Program-made: the position numbers and the translations under genes
Shown: positions 30,224 to 40,130 of the stretch, piece by piece
How the letters are laid out: each line of letters begins with the position of its first letter
How positions within the stretch are numbered: position 1 is the stretch's first letter
The notes under the pieces: model-generated
Seen by the model: the letters and a program-made list of their open reading frames with translations, nothing else
The model's database searches: none
What the model was told of the DNA's origin: nothing
Origin: an uncultured Thermoleophilia bacterium
GTDB lineage: Bacteria > Actinomycetota > Thermoleophilia > UBA2241
Reading direction: 5' to 3'
DNA: 64,000 nucleotides
Assembly: GCA_963715985.1 (NCBI GenBank)
Contig: CAVQSP010000014.1
Coordinates: 224,001 to 288,000, forward strand

Positions 30224-31633
30224 ATGACTGACGAGGCCGTGAGGGACTTCCCGCAGCCGGTGCACTTCGTGGGTATCGGGGGCGCCGGCATGAGCGGCAT
30301 CGCCATGGTCCTGCACACACTGGGCGTGCGCGTCTCCGGCTCCGACCTGAAGTCGTCGCGCTATACGCGCCGCCTCGAGGAGGCCGGCATCGCCGTCGCC
30401 ATCGGCCACGAGGCCGGCAACCTGGGCGACGCCGCCCTCGTCGTCACCTCGTCGGCCATCCCCGAGACCAACCCCGAGGTCCAGGCCGCCCGCGGCGCCG
30501 GTCTGCCCGTACTGCGGCGCGCGGAGATGCTGGCCCGCGTGATGCGCCTGCGTCGCGGTATCGCCGTCGCCGGCACGCACGGCAAGACCACGACCTCGTC
30601 CATGATCTCGCACGTGCTGCACCAGTGCGGCAAGGAGCCCACCTTCCTGGTCGGCGGCGAGCTCAACGACATCGGCTCGAACGCCGCCGTGGGGCAGGGC
30701 GAGTGGCTGGTGGCCGAGGCCGACGAGAGCGACGGCAGCCTCCTGTTCCTGCGGCCTGAAGTGGCCGTGGTCGCCAACGTGGAGCTGGACCACCACGCCA
30801 ACTACGGCTGTCTCGACGACGTGGTGGACGTGTTCCGCCGGTTCGTCGCTCTGCTGCCGCCGGAAGGACTGCTCGTGCTCGTGGCGGGGAGCGGCGGAGA
30901 GGATCTGGCAGGGTACACGCAGGCCGCAGTCGTACGTGTTGGCATCGGCGCCGGCGATCTGCGCGCCGAGGTCGCTCGGGTCGACGACCGCGGCAGCGAG
31001 TTCACGGTCACCGAGGCGGGCGAGGAGCTGGCCCGGGTGACGCTGCGCGTGCCGGGCGAGCACAACGTCCTCAACGCCATGGCCGCGCTTGCGGTGCTGC
31101 GCCACGCGGGCGTGACACCCGGGGAGGCGGCGCCGCACCTGGCAAGCTTCAGCGGCGCCGCCCGCCGCTATCAGGAGCTCGGCCGCCACGACGACGTGCT
31201 GGTGGTGGACGACTACGCCCATCACCCCACGGAGATAGCCGCCACGCTCACGGCCGCCGCCCAGGGCGGCCACGGCCGCGTGATCGCCGTCTTCCAGCCG
31301 CATCTGTTCTCGCGCACCCGCTACCTGCAGCGCGAGTTCGGCAAGGCACTCACCCTCGCCGACGAGGCCATCGTCACCGACGTGTTCCCGGCACGTGAGG
31401 AGCCGGAGCCCGGCGTCACCGGCAAGCTCATCGTGGACGCCTATCTGGCCGAGCGGCCCAGCGGCCCGGTGACCTACCTCCCGCGGCTCAGCGACGTGGT
31501 CCGTAACCTGTCCGGCAGGGTGCGTCCCGGCGACCTGGTGCTCACGCTCGGCGCCGGCGACGTCTTTCGCGCCGGCGAGCAGCTTCTCGCCACGCTCGCC
31601 GGGCAAGGGGAAGGGCGCTCCGGCGACGAATAG
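30224..31633 (+). CDS. murC: UDP-MurNAc-L-alanine ligase
   Basis: GIGGAGMSG, GTHGKTTTS, EADESDGS, DDYAHHPTEI, FQPH. Confidence 0.95.
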   Translation: MTDEAVRDFPQPVHFVGIGGAGMSGIAMVLHTLGVRVSGSDLKSSRYTRRLEEAGIAVAIGHEAGNLGDAALVVTSSAIPETNPEVQAARGAGLPVLRRAEMLARVMRLRRGIAVAGTHGKTTTSSMISHVLHQCGKEPTFLVGGELNDIGSNAAVGQGEWLVAEADESDGSLLFLRPEVAVVANVELDHHANYGCLDDVVDVFRRFVALLPPEGLLVLVAGSGGEDLAGYTQAAVVRVGIGAGDLRAEVARVDDRGSEFTVTEAGEELARVTLRVPGEHNVLNAMAALAVLRHAGVTPGEAAPHLASFSGAARRYQELGRHDDVLVVDDYAHHPTEIAATLTAAAQGGHGRVIAVFQPHLFSRTRYLQREFGKALTLADEAIVTDVFPAREEPEPGVTGKLIVDAYLAERPSGPVTYLPRLSDVVRNLSGRVRPGDLVLTLGAGDVFRAGEQLLATLAGQGEGRSGDE

Positions 31634-31670
31634 TCACCTGTAGTTGTCCTCTCCCGAAAAGGTGCGGCGC

Positions 31671-32579
31671 ATGGCCAAAGGAGGCGGGGCGAGCCGCCCG
31701 CGTTTTCGTCTGCTTCCTACCGTGCTGCTCACGGCGGCCATCCTCCTTCTGCCCACCGCGGTGTACGCCTGGGGCCGCACCTCGGACTCCTTCACCGTCA
31801 GGCGTGTGGAGGTCAGCGGCACCGACGTCGTGCCCCGCCGCCAGGTCCTGCGCCTCCTGCGCCACGACTACCTGAACCGCAACCTCTTCACGGTGACCAC
31901 GGCCGGTGTGCGACACACGTTGGCGCCGCTCGCCTACGTCGCCGGCGTGCAGATCGACAGAGCCTTCCCCCATGACCTGCGCGTGCGCGTCGTGGAGTAT
32001 CAGCCGGCCCTGTTCGCCTACGCCGGCGGTCGCTGGTACGTGGTCGCCGCCGACGGGCGTGTGATCTGTGAGCAGGCAGTCACGAAGAAGGAGAAGAGCG
32101 GCGGCGACCAGCAGGCGACCGCGACCGACGCTGGAGCCTCCGCTGCCGCCGAGACCACGGTGTCGGCACAGGCCGGCGACGGCACAGCTCTGAGCGCCAA
32201 GGAGCTGCACGTCCTCGACGTGCTGCAGGCGGGCCCGGATGGGGCCACCCTCGACCTGCCGCGTATGGCCGTCGCCGGGAGTCTGAAGCCGGGCTCCGCG
32301 GTCGCGGATGCGGGTGTGCACGACGCGCTCGCCGTGATCGCCGGCCTGCCTTCCTCGCTGCGCGGAGACGTGGCCGTGGCCGAGGCGTCCGGCGACTCGC
32401 AGCTGACGCTGCGGTTCGCCGGAGGTCCCCTCGTGGTGTGGGGCGACCCTTCGCGCTCCCAGGCCAAGACACTGGCGTTGCGCGCGGTGCTGTCGCGCTA
32501 CCGGGAGGCCGGCAAGACATGCACCTTCGCAGACATCTCGGTGCCCGACCGGGTGCTTGCCCGCCCCGTCCTGAAGTGA
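31671..32579 (+). CDS. ftsQ: Cell division protein FtsQ/DivIB
   Basis: TM helix, POTRA-like region (VRRVEVSG...IDRAFPHDLRVRVVE), position before ftsZ. Confidence 0.75.
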   Translation: MAKGGGASRPRFRLLPTVLLTAAILLLPTAVYAWGRTSDSFTVRRVEVSGTDVVPRRQVLRLLRHDYLNRNLFTVTTAGVRHTLAPLAYVAGVQIDRAFPHDLRVRVVEYQPALFAYAGGRWYVVAADGRVICEQAVTKKEKSGGDQQATATDAGASAAAETTVSAQAGDGTALSAKELHVLDVLQAGPDGATLDLPRMAVAGSLKPGSAVADAGVHDALAVIAGLPSSLRGDVAVAEASGDSQLTLRFAGGPLVVWGDPSRSQAKTLALRAVLSRYREAGKTCTFADISVPDRVLARPVLK

Positions 32580-32644
32580 TGGTGGAGCCTCTGCTCAACC
32601 TGTGCTTGAGGGTGGAGGTAGGCGTGACTGGCGGGCGCCGTTGT

Positions 32645-32673
32645 TTGACACCCCTCAGGGGCCTCAGTATGTT
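32645..32673 (+). promoter_or_regulatory. Sigma70-type promoter for ftsZ
   Basis: TTGACA-N17-TATGTT. Confidence 0.65.
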
Positions 32674-32847
32674 AACTCCAAGGCTGGAATGCCGGGATCC
32701 GGCATGTCCGAATGCGCCTGAGAATCGCTGCAAATCACGCGTTTCAGTGATTGTTGAGTGGGGGCGGGCAGCGGCCCTCTACCAGTACATGAGGGTCCGC
32801 CGGCGACCGCGATGGCGAGCTTCGACCGCCACAGGAGGGTCAGCATC

Positions 32848-33936
32848 ATGATCGACGCTTCAGCGAACTACCTCGCCGTCATCAAGGTCGTGGGTGTAGG
32901 CGGTGGCGGCACCAACGCCGTGAACCGCATGGTCGACGCCGGCCTGCGGGGGGTGGAGTTCATCGCCGTCAACACCGACGCCCAGGCGCTGCAGATGTGC
33001 GATGCGGACGTCAAGATCCACATCGGCAGCAAGATCACCCGTGGTCTCGGTGCCGGCGCGAACCCGGAGATCGGCTACCAGGCCGCGATGGAGAGCAAGG
33101 ACGAGCTGCGCGACGCCATCAAGGGCGCCGACATGGTGTTCGTGACCGCCGGCAAGGGCGGCGGCACCGGCACGGGGGCCGCCCCCGTCATCGCGGAACT
33201 CGCGAAGGAGCTCTCGGCGCTCACCGTCGGCGTCGTGACGCGGCCGTTCGCCTTCGAGGGCAAGCGCCGCGCCCGCCAGGCCTCGGACGGCATCCAGAGC
33301 CTGCGCGACAAGGTCGACACGCTGATCGTCATACCGAACGACCGGCTCTTGCAGGTGGTCGAGCGGCGCACCTCCGTCATCGAGGCGTTCAAGGTCGCCG
33401 ACGACGTGCTGCGCCAGGGCGTGCAGGGCATCACCGACCTCATCACGGTGCCCGGCCTTATCAACCTCGATTTCGCCGACGTGCGCACGATCATGAAGGA
33501 CGCCGGGTCGGCGCTCATGGGCATCGGTGTGGCCGGCGGCGAGAATCGCGCCGTCGAGGCGGCGCGGGCGGCCGTGAGCTCGCCGCTTCTCGAGGCCAGC
33601 GTCGAGGGCGCGCGCGGGATCCTGCTCAACATCACGGGTGGTGGCGACCTGGGCCTCTTCGAGATCAACGAGGCGGCCGAGATCATCTCCAGCGCCGCCG
33701 ACGCCGACTGCAACATCATCTTCGGCGCCGTCATCGACCCCACGCTGGGCGACGAGGTGCGCGTGACCGTGATCGCCACGGGCTTCGACCGCGAGGTGGC
33801 GGAGGAGAAGGCCGCGGCACGCGAGGTGGCCGAAAAGGAGCCCAAGGGCACACCGCTGTTCGCGGAGGAGCGTCGGCCGTCGTTCGACGTGAGTGACGAC
33901 GTGCTCGACATCCCGAGCTTCCTGCGGGACCGCTGA
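32848..33936 (+). CDS. ftsZ: Cell division protein FtsZ
   Basis: [26 protein letters not shown]-terminal DIPSFL. Confidence 0.97.
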   Translation: MIDASANYLAVIKVVGVGGGGTNAVNRMVDAGLRGVEFIAVNTDAQALQMCDADVKIHIGSKITRGLGAGANPEIGYQAAMESKDELRDAIKGADMVFVTAGKGGGTGTGAAPVIAELAKELSALTVGVVTRPFAFEGKRRARQASDGIQSLRDKVDTLIVIPNDRLLQVVERRTSVIEAFKVADDVLRQGVQGITDLITVPGLINLDFADVRTIMKDAGSALMGIGVAGGENRAVEAARAAVSSPLLEASVEGARGILLNITGGGDLGLFEINEAAEIISSAADADCNIIFGAVIDPTLGDEVRVTVIATGFDREVAEEKAAAREVAEKEPKGTPLFAEERRPSFDVSDDVLDIPSFLRDR

Positions 33937-34100
33937 ACGCCCCGGGCGAGAGCCACGTCTCCAGGGCACTGAACCGCCGACGCACTCCCGGTCCGCTGGT
34001 CCGGACCGGGGGGCGTCGGAATGCGAGTTGCGCGCCCTCCCGTGGTCGGGTAGTCTCTACCGCCTGACGGCCCCGGTCGGTCCGCGGGCCTCGCGAACCC

Positions 34101-35792
34101 ATGAGAAAGCACAGAAACCTCATCATCCTGCTCGTCATGGCCGTTCTGGTGGCCGTCTCGGTGTGGTTCATCATCCCGCCTGGCGTCAAGACGCACCTCG
34201 GACTCGACCTGCAGGGTGGCCTCGAGATCGTCTACTCGGCCAAGACGGCCGACGGCAAAGCACCCTCCACGGCCGAGATGGACCAGACCATCGGCATCCT
34301 CGACCGCCGCGTCAACGGCCTCGGCGTGACCGAGTCCGCGATCCAGAAGCAGGGTGTGGACCAGGTCTCCGTGGCCCTCCCGGGCATCAAGGACGCCCAG
34401 CAGGCGCTCGACATCATCGGCAAGACGGCCCAGCTCGAGTTCTACAAGGACGACGCCGAGTCGCGCCCCGTGGGTCCCGTGGAGTCCAAAGACGCGGCAC
34501 TCAAGGAGCTCAAGAGCCAGGGCGTCTCGCAGACGGAGATCGATCAGCTCTCCGCCGAGGGCACCACGGACGACTACGCCCTCGTCAGCCGGCCGGCCGA
34601 CTCCGCCGCCGGAACGCCCGAGCAATGGTACGTGTACACGCGTCCGCCGGCGCTCACGGGCGACGCCATCTCCGGCGCTCGTGCCGGCTTCAGCGGCAAT
34701 AACAACAAGCCCAACGTACTCATCGACTTCACCGCGGAGGGCAGCAAGAAGTTCCAGGAGATCACGCGCGAGCTGTACCGCACGGGTCTGCTGAAGAACG
34801 AGCCCCAGACGTTCGCCATCGTGCTGGACAACCAGATGGAGTCGGACCCGTACATCGACTACAACGACCCGAACCTGCGTGACGGCATCAGCGGTGGCGC
34901 CGAGATCAGCGGCGGCAACATGACGGTCAAAGAGTCGCAGAACCTCGCCTTCGTACTCAAGACCGGCGCCCTGCCCGTCAAGCTCGAGCCCACGTACCAG
35001 CAGCAGGTCTCGGCCACGCTGGGCAAAGACTCGCTCAACCAGGGCCTCATCGCCGCGCTCGCCGGTCTGGGCATCGTGCTCATCTACATGTTGGTGTACT
35101 ACCGCTTCCTGGGCCTGGTCGCGGACCTCGCGCTCATCGTGTACGGCATCCTGCTCTGGGGCCTCTTCAACGCCATCCCCGTCACGCTCACGCTGCCCGG
35201 CATCGCCGGCATGATCCTCACCATCGGTGTGGCGGCCGACGCCAACGTCGTCATCTTCGAGCGCATCAAGGAAGAGGTTCGCCGTGGCAAGACGGTGCGT
35301 TCCGCCGTCAACTCCGGGTATGCGCGCGGCTTCAAGACCATCCTCGACGCCAACATCCTGACGATGCTCACGGCCGCCGTGATCTTCGTTTTCGCCACGG
35401 CTTCCCCCAAGGGCTTCGCCCTCACGCTCATCCTCGGCGTGCTCGTCAGTATGCTCACCGCCGTGCTCTTCACGCGCGCCATGCTCGGTGTGCTGGCCGG
35501 CTTCGCCTTCTTCAACAGGCCCTCGTTCATGGGCGTGCGTGCCAGCTCGATCGAGGCCGAGGTCGCGGCCGAGACCCGGTCGGCCGCCTCGCGCCGGCGC
35601 CGCAGCACAGCCGCCGTCGCGACGGCCGGGGCCACCACCTCGGCCACGTCGAGCGCCACCGGCGCCGTGACGGACGCCGCCGGCGCCGCCGTGGTGGAGA
35701 CCACCGCCGCAGCCGCCGATGCGCAGCCTGCGCCGGCCAGCGGCGGGCGCCGTCCGAGTACCTCCCGCAAGAAGAAGAGAAAGCGGAGATAG
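34101..35792 (+). CDS. secD: Protein translocase subunit SecD
   Basis: LGLDLQGG, RVNGLGVTE, FAIVLDN, GALPV, DANVVIFERIKEE. Confidence 0.95.
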   Translation: MRKHRNLIILLVMAVLVAVSVWFIIPPGVKTHLGLDLQGGLEIVYSAKTADGKAPSTAEMDQTIGILDRRVNGLGVTESAIQKQGVDQVSVALPGIKDAQQALDIIGKTAQLEFYKDDAESRPVGPVESKDAALKELKSQGVSQTEIDQLSAEGTTDDYALVSRPADSAAGTPEQWYVYTRPPALTGDAISGARAGFSGNNNKPNVLIDFTAEGSKKFQEITRELYRTGLLKNEPQTFAIVLDNQMESDPYIDYNDPNLRDGISGGAEISGGNMTVKESQNLAFVLKTGALPVKLEPTYQQQVSATLGKDSLNQGLIAALAGLGIVLIYMLVYYRFLGLVADLALIVYGILLWGLFNAIPVTLTLPGIAGMILTIGVAADANVVIFERIKEEVRRGKTVRSAVNSGYARGFKTILDANILTMLTAAVIFVFATASPKGFALTLILGVLVSMLTAVLFTRAMLGVLAGFAFFNRPSFMGVRASSIEAEVAAETRSAASRRRRSTAAVATAGATTSATSSATGAVTDAAGAAVVETTAAAADAQPAPASGGRRPSTSRKKKRKRR

Positions 35793-35796
35793 GGCC

Positions 35797-36765
35797 GTGA
35801 ACTTCATCCGCAGCATCTACAGCTTCGACTACATGGGCCATAAGAAATGGTGGTTCACGATCTCCGCGATCATCATCATGGCCGGTCTCGTCAGCCTGTT
35901 CGTCAAGGGCGGGGGCAACCCGATCCAGGGTCTCAACTACGGCCTCGAGTTCAAGGAAGGCACGCGCATCAACTTGGGCTTCGTCGAGCAGCCGACGCTG
36001 GCCGAAGTGCGCACCGTGGTATCGAAAGCCGGCTACCCGGACGCGCAGCTGCAGGAGACGCCCAACGTGGCGGGCTCGCAGCAGGCCGGCTTCCAGATCC
36101 AGACCGAGACGCTCACGCCCAGGGAGCAGGGCGACCTCAAGGCGGCCCTCAACGAGGCCTTCACCATCGCCGAGTCCAACGGCACGGAGATCTACAGCTT
36201 GGAGACGGTGGGAGCCACCTTCGGGCGCCAGGTGGTGAGCTCGTCCATCAAGGCGGTGGGCATCGCCCTGCTGCTGATCCTGATCTACGTGACCTTCCGC
36301 TTCCAGTGGAAGTTCGCCGTCGGCGCCATCGTCGCCGAGATCCACGACCTGCTCGTGGTGGTCGGCATCTACTCGCTCACCGGGCGGGAGGTCACCACAG
36401 CGACCATCGCCGCGGTGCTCACAATCCTGGGGTACTCGCTCTACGACACGGTCATCGTGTTCGACCGCATCCGCGAGAACCAGCCCAAGCTCAGCCGCAT
36501 CCCATACGGCGACATGGTCAACGTCTCGATCTGGGAGACCCTGACGCGCTCCATCAACACGACGATGATCGTGCTGCTGCCGGTGCTCTGCCTGCTCTTC
36601 TTCGGCGGGGCCACGCTCAAGGACTTCGCCTTCGCGCTGCTCGTGGGCATCCTCTCCGGCGCTTTCTCCTCCATCTTCGTGGCCAGCCCCATCGTGACGC
36701 TTCTCAGGGAACGCGAGCCTCAGTACAAGAAGATGAAGCTCGCCGCTCGCGCCGACGAGAGCTGA
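35797..36765 (+). CDS. secF: Protein translocase subunit SecF
   Basis: GLEFKEG, HDLL, GYSLYDTVIVFDRIRE, TRSINT. Confidence 0.95.
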   Translation: MNFIRSIYSFDYMGHKKWWFTISAIIIMAGLVSLFVKGGGNPIQGLNYGLEFKEGTRINLGFVEQPTLAEVRTVVSKAGYPDAQLQETPNVAGSQQAGFQIQTETLTPREQGDLKAALNEAFTIAESNGTEIYSLETVGATFGRQVVSSSIKAVGIALLLILIYVTFRFQWKFAVGAIVAEIHDLLVVVGIYSLTGREVTTATIAAVLTILGYSLYDTVIVFDRIRENQPKLSRIPYGDMVNVSIWETLTRSINTTMIVLLPVLCLLFFGGATLKDFAFALLVGILSGAFSSIFVASPIVTLLREREPQYKKMKLAARADES

Positions 36766-36935
36766 GGCTGTGCCCGCCGGCGCCTTCGCCGGCGCCGGCG
36801 CTCCACGCGAGGCGACGCTCCACCGGAGCCTCAATCTGTCTCGATCGTCGCTTGAGGCTTGGGTGCCTCCCGGGTCCGTCCTCAAGCTGCCGCAGAGACT
36901 CACGCGGGAACCTCTCAAACCTCTCGTCGTTCGCC

Positions 36936-36964
36936 TTTACTTCGCTGCCGCTCTCATCTAGCGT
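36936..36964 (+). promoter_or_regulatory. Putative promoter for the STAS gene, with an upstream AACCTCTC direct repeat at 36909-36925
   Basis: TTTACT-N17-TAGCGT. Confidence 0.4.
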
Positions 36965-37059
36965 CGCGCCGCGAGTCTCGCTGGGGACGGGGGTCTGCGC
37001 CTGACTCGCAGGCAGGTGCCGCGTGCGGGCCGGCCGCGAAGAAGACGGGGAGGCGCACG

Positions 37060-37506
37060 ATGGCGGCACGTCGGTCAGGCTACACGAGCGTGACGGCGAG
37101 GCGAGGCTCGCGGCTGCGGCTGCGGGACGCGGCGGATGCGGGAGCGCCGCCGGTCCTTGAGCTCTCCGGTGACTTCGACCTCGACACGGTGCCCGAGATC
37201 GACCGCTTTCTGCGCCGCCGCCTCGGCCCCCTGTACCATCGCGAGCACCTGGTGATCGACCTCTCCGCGACCACGTTCGTGGACTCGAGCTTCGTCGCCT
37301 TCGTGGTGAGGCTCCTCAAGGATCTGCGCGCGGGTCGCAAGGAACTCATCCTCGTGAGTCCCGCGGGTCAGGTGCGCAGGGTCCTGGCCCTGGTCGGCCT
37401 GCCCAACCTGGTGCCTGTGTTCGAGTCGGTCCAGGAGGCCCTGGCCGCGCTGACGACGGGACGCCTGCCCATCATCCCGCCGGCGTTCGAGGCCATGCGG
37501 TACTAG
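37060..37506 (+). CDS. STAS-domain protein (anti-sigma factor antagonist-like)
   Basis: LSGDFDL, VIDLSATTFVDSS, VRRVLALVGL. Confidence 0.85.
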   Translation: MAARRSGYTSVTARRGSRLRLRDAADAGAPPVLELSGDFDLDTVPEIDRFLRRRLGPLYHREHLVIDLSATTFVDSSFVAFVVRLLKDLRAGRKELILVSPAGQVRRVLALVGLPNLVPVFESVQEALAALTTGRLPIIPPAFEAMRY

Positions 37507-37585
37507 GAGAGCGCAGGCCCGGGTCCGAGCAGCGATGCGCGCCCTCCGGCAGGCGGGCGTGTGGGCGGGGTGCGCGGCGCCGGCG

Positions 37586-37909
37586 TCAGCTGGCGCGCCG
37601 CGCGGCGCTGATGTCACCCATGCGCCGGGCGGTCATCACGCGAGCCTGGAAGGCCCTCATGCGACAGGCGTCGCTGCAGTACTTCTTGGCGGGGTTGGTG
37701 GTGACGAACTCGCGATCACACGGCCCGTAGGCGCAGCGCCGTGCGATCTCTTCGCGCCGTGCCGACTTGCGCGCGCTCTGATGGTAGTCCTCCTGCCAGG
37801 CGCCCCCATGCAAGGCACACACGCTCGACGGGTTGTACGCCGACAGACGGGTACCACACCCCTCCACGATGCAGATCCGCCCACTTCCGTATGTTCTGGT
37901 CTTGAGCAT
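37586..37909 (-). CDS. Small basic protein with two putative zinc fingers
   Basis: C-x4-C-x12-C-x2-H (CIVEGCGTRLSAYNPSSVCALH) and C-x4-C-x13-C-x3-C (CAYGPC...KKYCSDACR, CGNR-like); GAGG RBS. Confidence 0.75.
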   Translation of the reverse strand: MLKTRTYGSGRICIVEGCGTRLSAYNPSSVCALHGGAWQEDYHQSARKSARREEIARRCAYGPCDREFVTTNPAKKYCSDACRMRAFQARVMTARRMGDISAARRAS

Positions 37910-38034
37910 GTCCTCGGCCGTTCAGCGAAGTCGCCTTCCGTGCCAGACCGGAAAGACGCTTCGACGGTCCGCGGCATGCGTCCGGGCCTCTCGGGCGCAC
38001 GCCCCCGTGTGGTGGCGTCAGGTCGGCGCCCGAC

Positions 38035-38394
38035 TTACGGCACCGTGGCCTTCATGGCCTCACTCCGCGACGAGTAGATGCCGAAGATGCGGTCGAGGCC
38101 GGTGATCTCGAAGATGCGGATGATGTTCTCGTCCGTGCAGACGATGTCGAGGTTGCCGTTGCGCGGCCGCACGCGTTTGGCGCCGCTCACGAGCACGCCC
38201 AAAGCAGTGGAGTCGATGAAGGTGACCCCGGAAAGGTCGACGATGACTCTGCGCGCGCCGCCCTCGATGCCGTTCACGAGGACCTCTTTGAACTGCGGCG
38301 CGGAATAGATGTCGATCTCACCACCCAGGACCACGACACCCACTTCATCGTTGGGGGTCTCGTATGCGACGCTGAACTGCGGCCGTTCCTCCAT
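38035..38394 (-). CDS. Anti-sigma factor antagonist (RsbV/BldG-like STAS)
   Basis: GGEIDIYSAP, VDLSGVTFIDSTALGVLV, RIFEITGL. Confidence 0.92.
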   Translation of the reverse strand: MEERPQFSVAYETPNDEVGVVVLGGEIDIYSAPQFKEVLVNGIEGGARRVIVDLSGVTFIDSTALGVLVSGAKRVRPRNGNLDIVCTDENIIRIFEITGLDRIFGIYSSRSEAMKATVP

Positions 38395-38505
38395 GCGCGC
38401 CTCCTCTCGTCGCCACACCGGCGGCACGCCGTACGCGGCGGCCCAAGTGCATGTCCGGTTAGTTTCCGCAGCGGGGGGCGGCTAAACCCGGGCCATACCG
38501 GGGGC

Positions 38506-40056
38506 TCAGGGTGGCGCTGTGGGGAGGAGGTCCTCCGAGGTGCCCTGCCCGCGCATGGCGTAGGCGGCGATCATGCGGTCGGTGATCCATTCCACCGGGG
38601 CGCGGTCGTCGGTCCAGGGTCTCGCCGCGGGCGCGGCGGCGCGCATGTCGCGGGCGAAGAGCCGGGTGTCGGGAAGCAAGGCCCGGGGGGCGCCCAGCAG
38701 GCGGGTGGCGAGGACCGCCTCAGGCTGCGGCGCGCTCAGGCCGACCACGAACTGGTTGAAGCGCAGCGCCTGCCAGGTGACGACCTGAGGGAACTCCGTG
38801 GCCAGCGTGCCTGCCACCGCGCTTGCGAGGCGGTGGTCGCCCGGCACTGTCGTGACGTTGAGCGCCACGATGCCACCGGGTGCCAGGCGCCGCCGGACGA
38901 GGCGGAAGAACTCCTGCGTGGTGAGGTAGAAGGGCACGTAGGGCTGACGGTAGGCGTCGATGAGGATGAGGTCGTAGCGCGCGTCCGTCGTCCTCAGATA
39001 GGGGCGAGCGTCGGCCGTGTGCACGGTGAGCCGGGGGTTGTCGCCGAGCCCGAACCAGCGGCGCCCGGCGGCCGTCACGGCGGGGTCGATCTCGACACCG
39101 TCGATGTGCGCCTCCGGGTAGTACACGCCGAAGGCGCGGGCGGTGGTGCCACCGGCGTTGCCGAGGATCGCCACGCGGGCGGCCGGGCGCCCGAGGAGCG
39201 GCGGGGCGGTGAGGAACATGTCCCACTCGCCCCCGGTGAGCACGGTGTCGGCGCGCCACATAGAGTGGACGGCGAGGCCCTCGTTGAGGTAGAGCAGACG
39301 CTCGGGCCCGTTCTGCACCACCTGGATGAACTGGTAGCGGGACTCCTCTTCGTGAATGAGCCCCGGTGCGGCCTTGACCACGCCGGGCGGCACCGCCAGC
39401 AGGCCGCCGATGACCGCGGCCACGATCAGCCCGGGCACGAGACGCCGGCCGAGCAGCGGCAGGGCGGCGACGGCAATGATGAGGGCGGCGCACAGCATGG
39501 TGCGCTGCGTGCCGATGAGCGGGATGGTGACGAGCGCGGGGAGAAAGGTGCCCAGGATGCTCCCCGCCGTCGAGAGCGCGAAGATGCGGCCGGCCACGCG
39601 ACCGGCGTCGTCGACGCCGGTCGCCGCCAGCCGCACGGCGAAGGGCGTCACCATGCCGAGCAGGATGACCGGCGGCGCGAACAGCAGCAGCGACGCCGCG
39701 AAGGAACCGACCACGGCGCCCGTGGACAGGGTGTCCAGGCCGCGGACCGAGAGGTCGAGGAAGGGCCGGGCCACGAAGGGGATCGCGGCCACCAGCGCGG
39801 CCGCGACGAGGACGATGGTCGCGAGCAGCGGGGCTGAGGGGCGGCGGTCCGCCCAGCGGCCGCCCAGCCAGTAGCCGAGCGACAGCGACACCAGGATGAG
39901 GCCGATCACGTTGGCCCACACCGCCGTCGACGAGCCGTAGTACGGCGCCAGCAGACGCGAGGCGCAGATCTCGGTGGCCATGGAGCCGATGCCCGCGAAG
40001 AAGACGAGGGCGGTGAGGGCGCGGCGGCGCGGCGGGGATGCGTGTGCGTCGGTCAC
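38506..40056 (-). CDS. Fused membrane (MFS-like) / spermidine-synthase-like SAM-binding protein
   Basis: N-terminal TM helices (EI...RLLAPYYGSS...W), ESRYQFIQV, ILGNAGGT, VEIDP, IDAY...PFYLTT, WTDDRAPVE. Confidence 0.85.
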   Translation of the reverse strand: MTDAHASPPRRRALTALVFFAGIGSMATEICASRLLAPYYGSSTAVWANVIGLILVSLSLGYWLGGRWADRRPSAPLLATIVLVAAALVAAIPFVARPFLDLSVRGLDTLSTGAVVGSFAASLLLFAPPVILLGMVTPFAVRLAATGVDDAGRVAGRIFALSTAGSILGTFLPALVTIPLIGTQRTMLCAALIIAVAALPLLGRRLVPGLIVAAVIGGLLAVPPGVVKAAPGLIHEEESRYQFIQVVQNGPERLLYLNEGLAVHSMWRADTVLTGGEWDMFLTAPPLLGRPAARVAILGNAGGTTARAFGVYYPEAHIDGVEIDPAVTAAGRRWFGLGDNPRLTVHTADARPYLRTTDARYDLILIDAYRQPYVPFYLTTQEFFRLVRRRLAPGGIVALNVTTVPGDHRLASAVAGTLATEFPQVVTWQALRFNQFVVGLSAPQPEAVLATRLLGAPRALLPDTRLFARDMRAAAPAARPWTDDRAPVEWITDRMIAAYAMRGQGTSEDLLPTAPP

Positions 40057-40130
40057 GGGGTGACAGTGTACCGGACGGCCGGGGCGGGCGGCGCGCTGCG
40101 GCGGTCAGGTGCGCGGCGAAGGGAAGAAAC

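Noticed and set aside
32622-32660. ZMP/ZTP riboswitch (GTGACTGGCG seed)
   Set aside because: Lacks the following GGTGG/CCAC-GGGGAGC and CGCCTGGG elements, and the ftsZ context is inappropriate.
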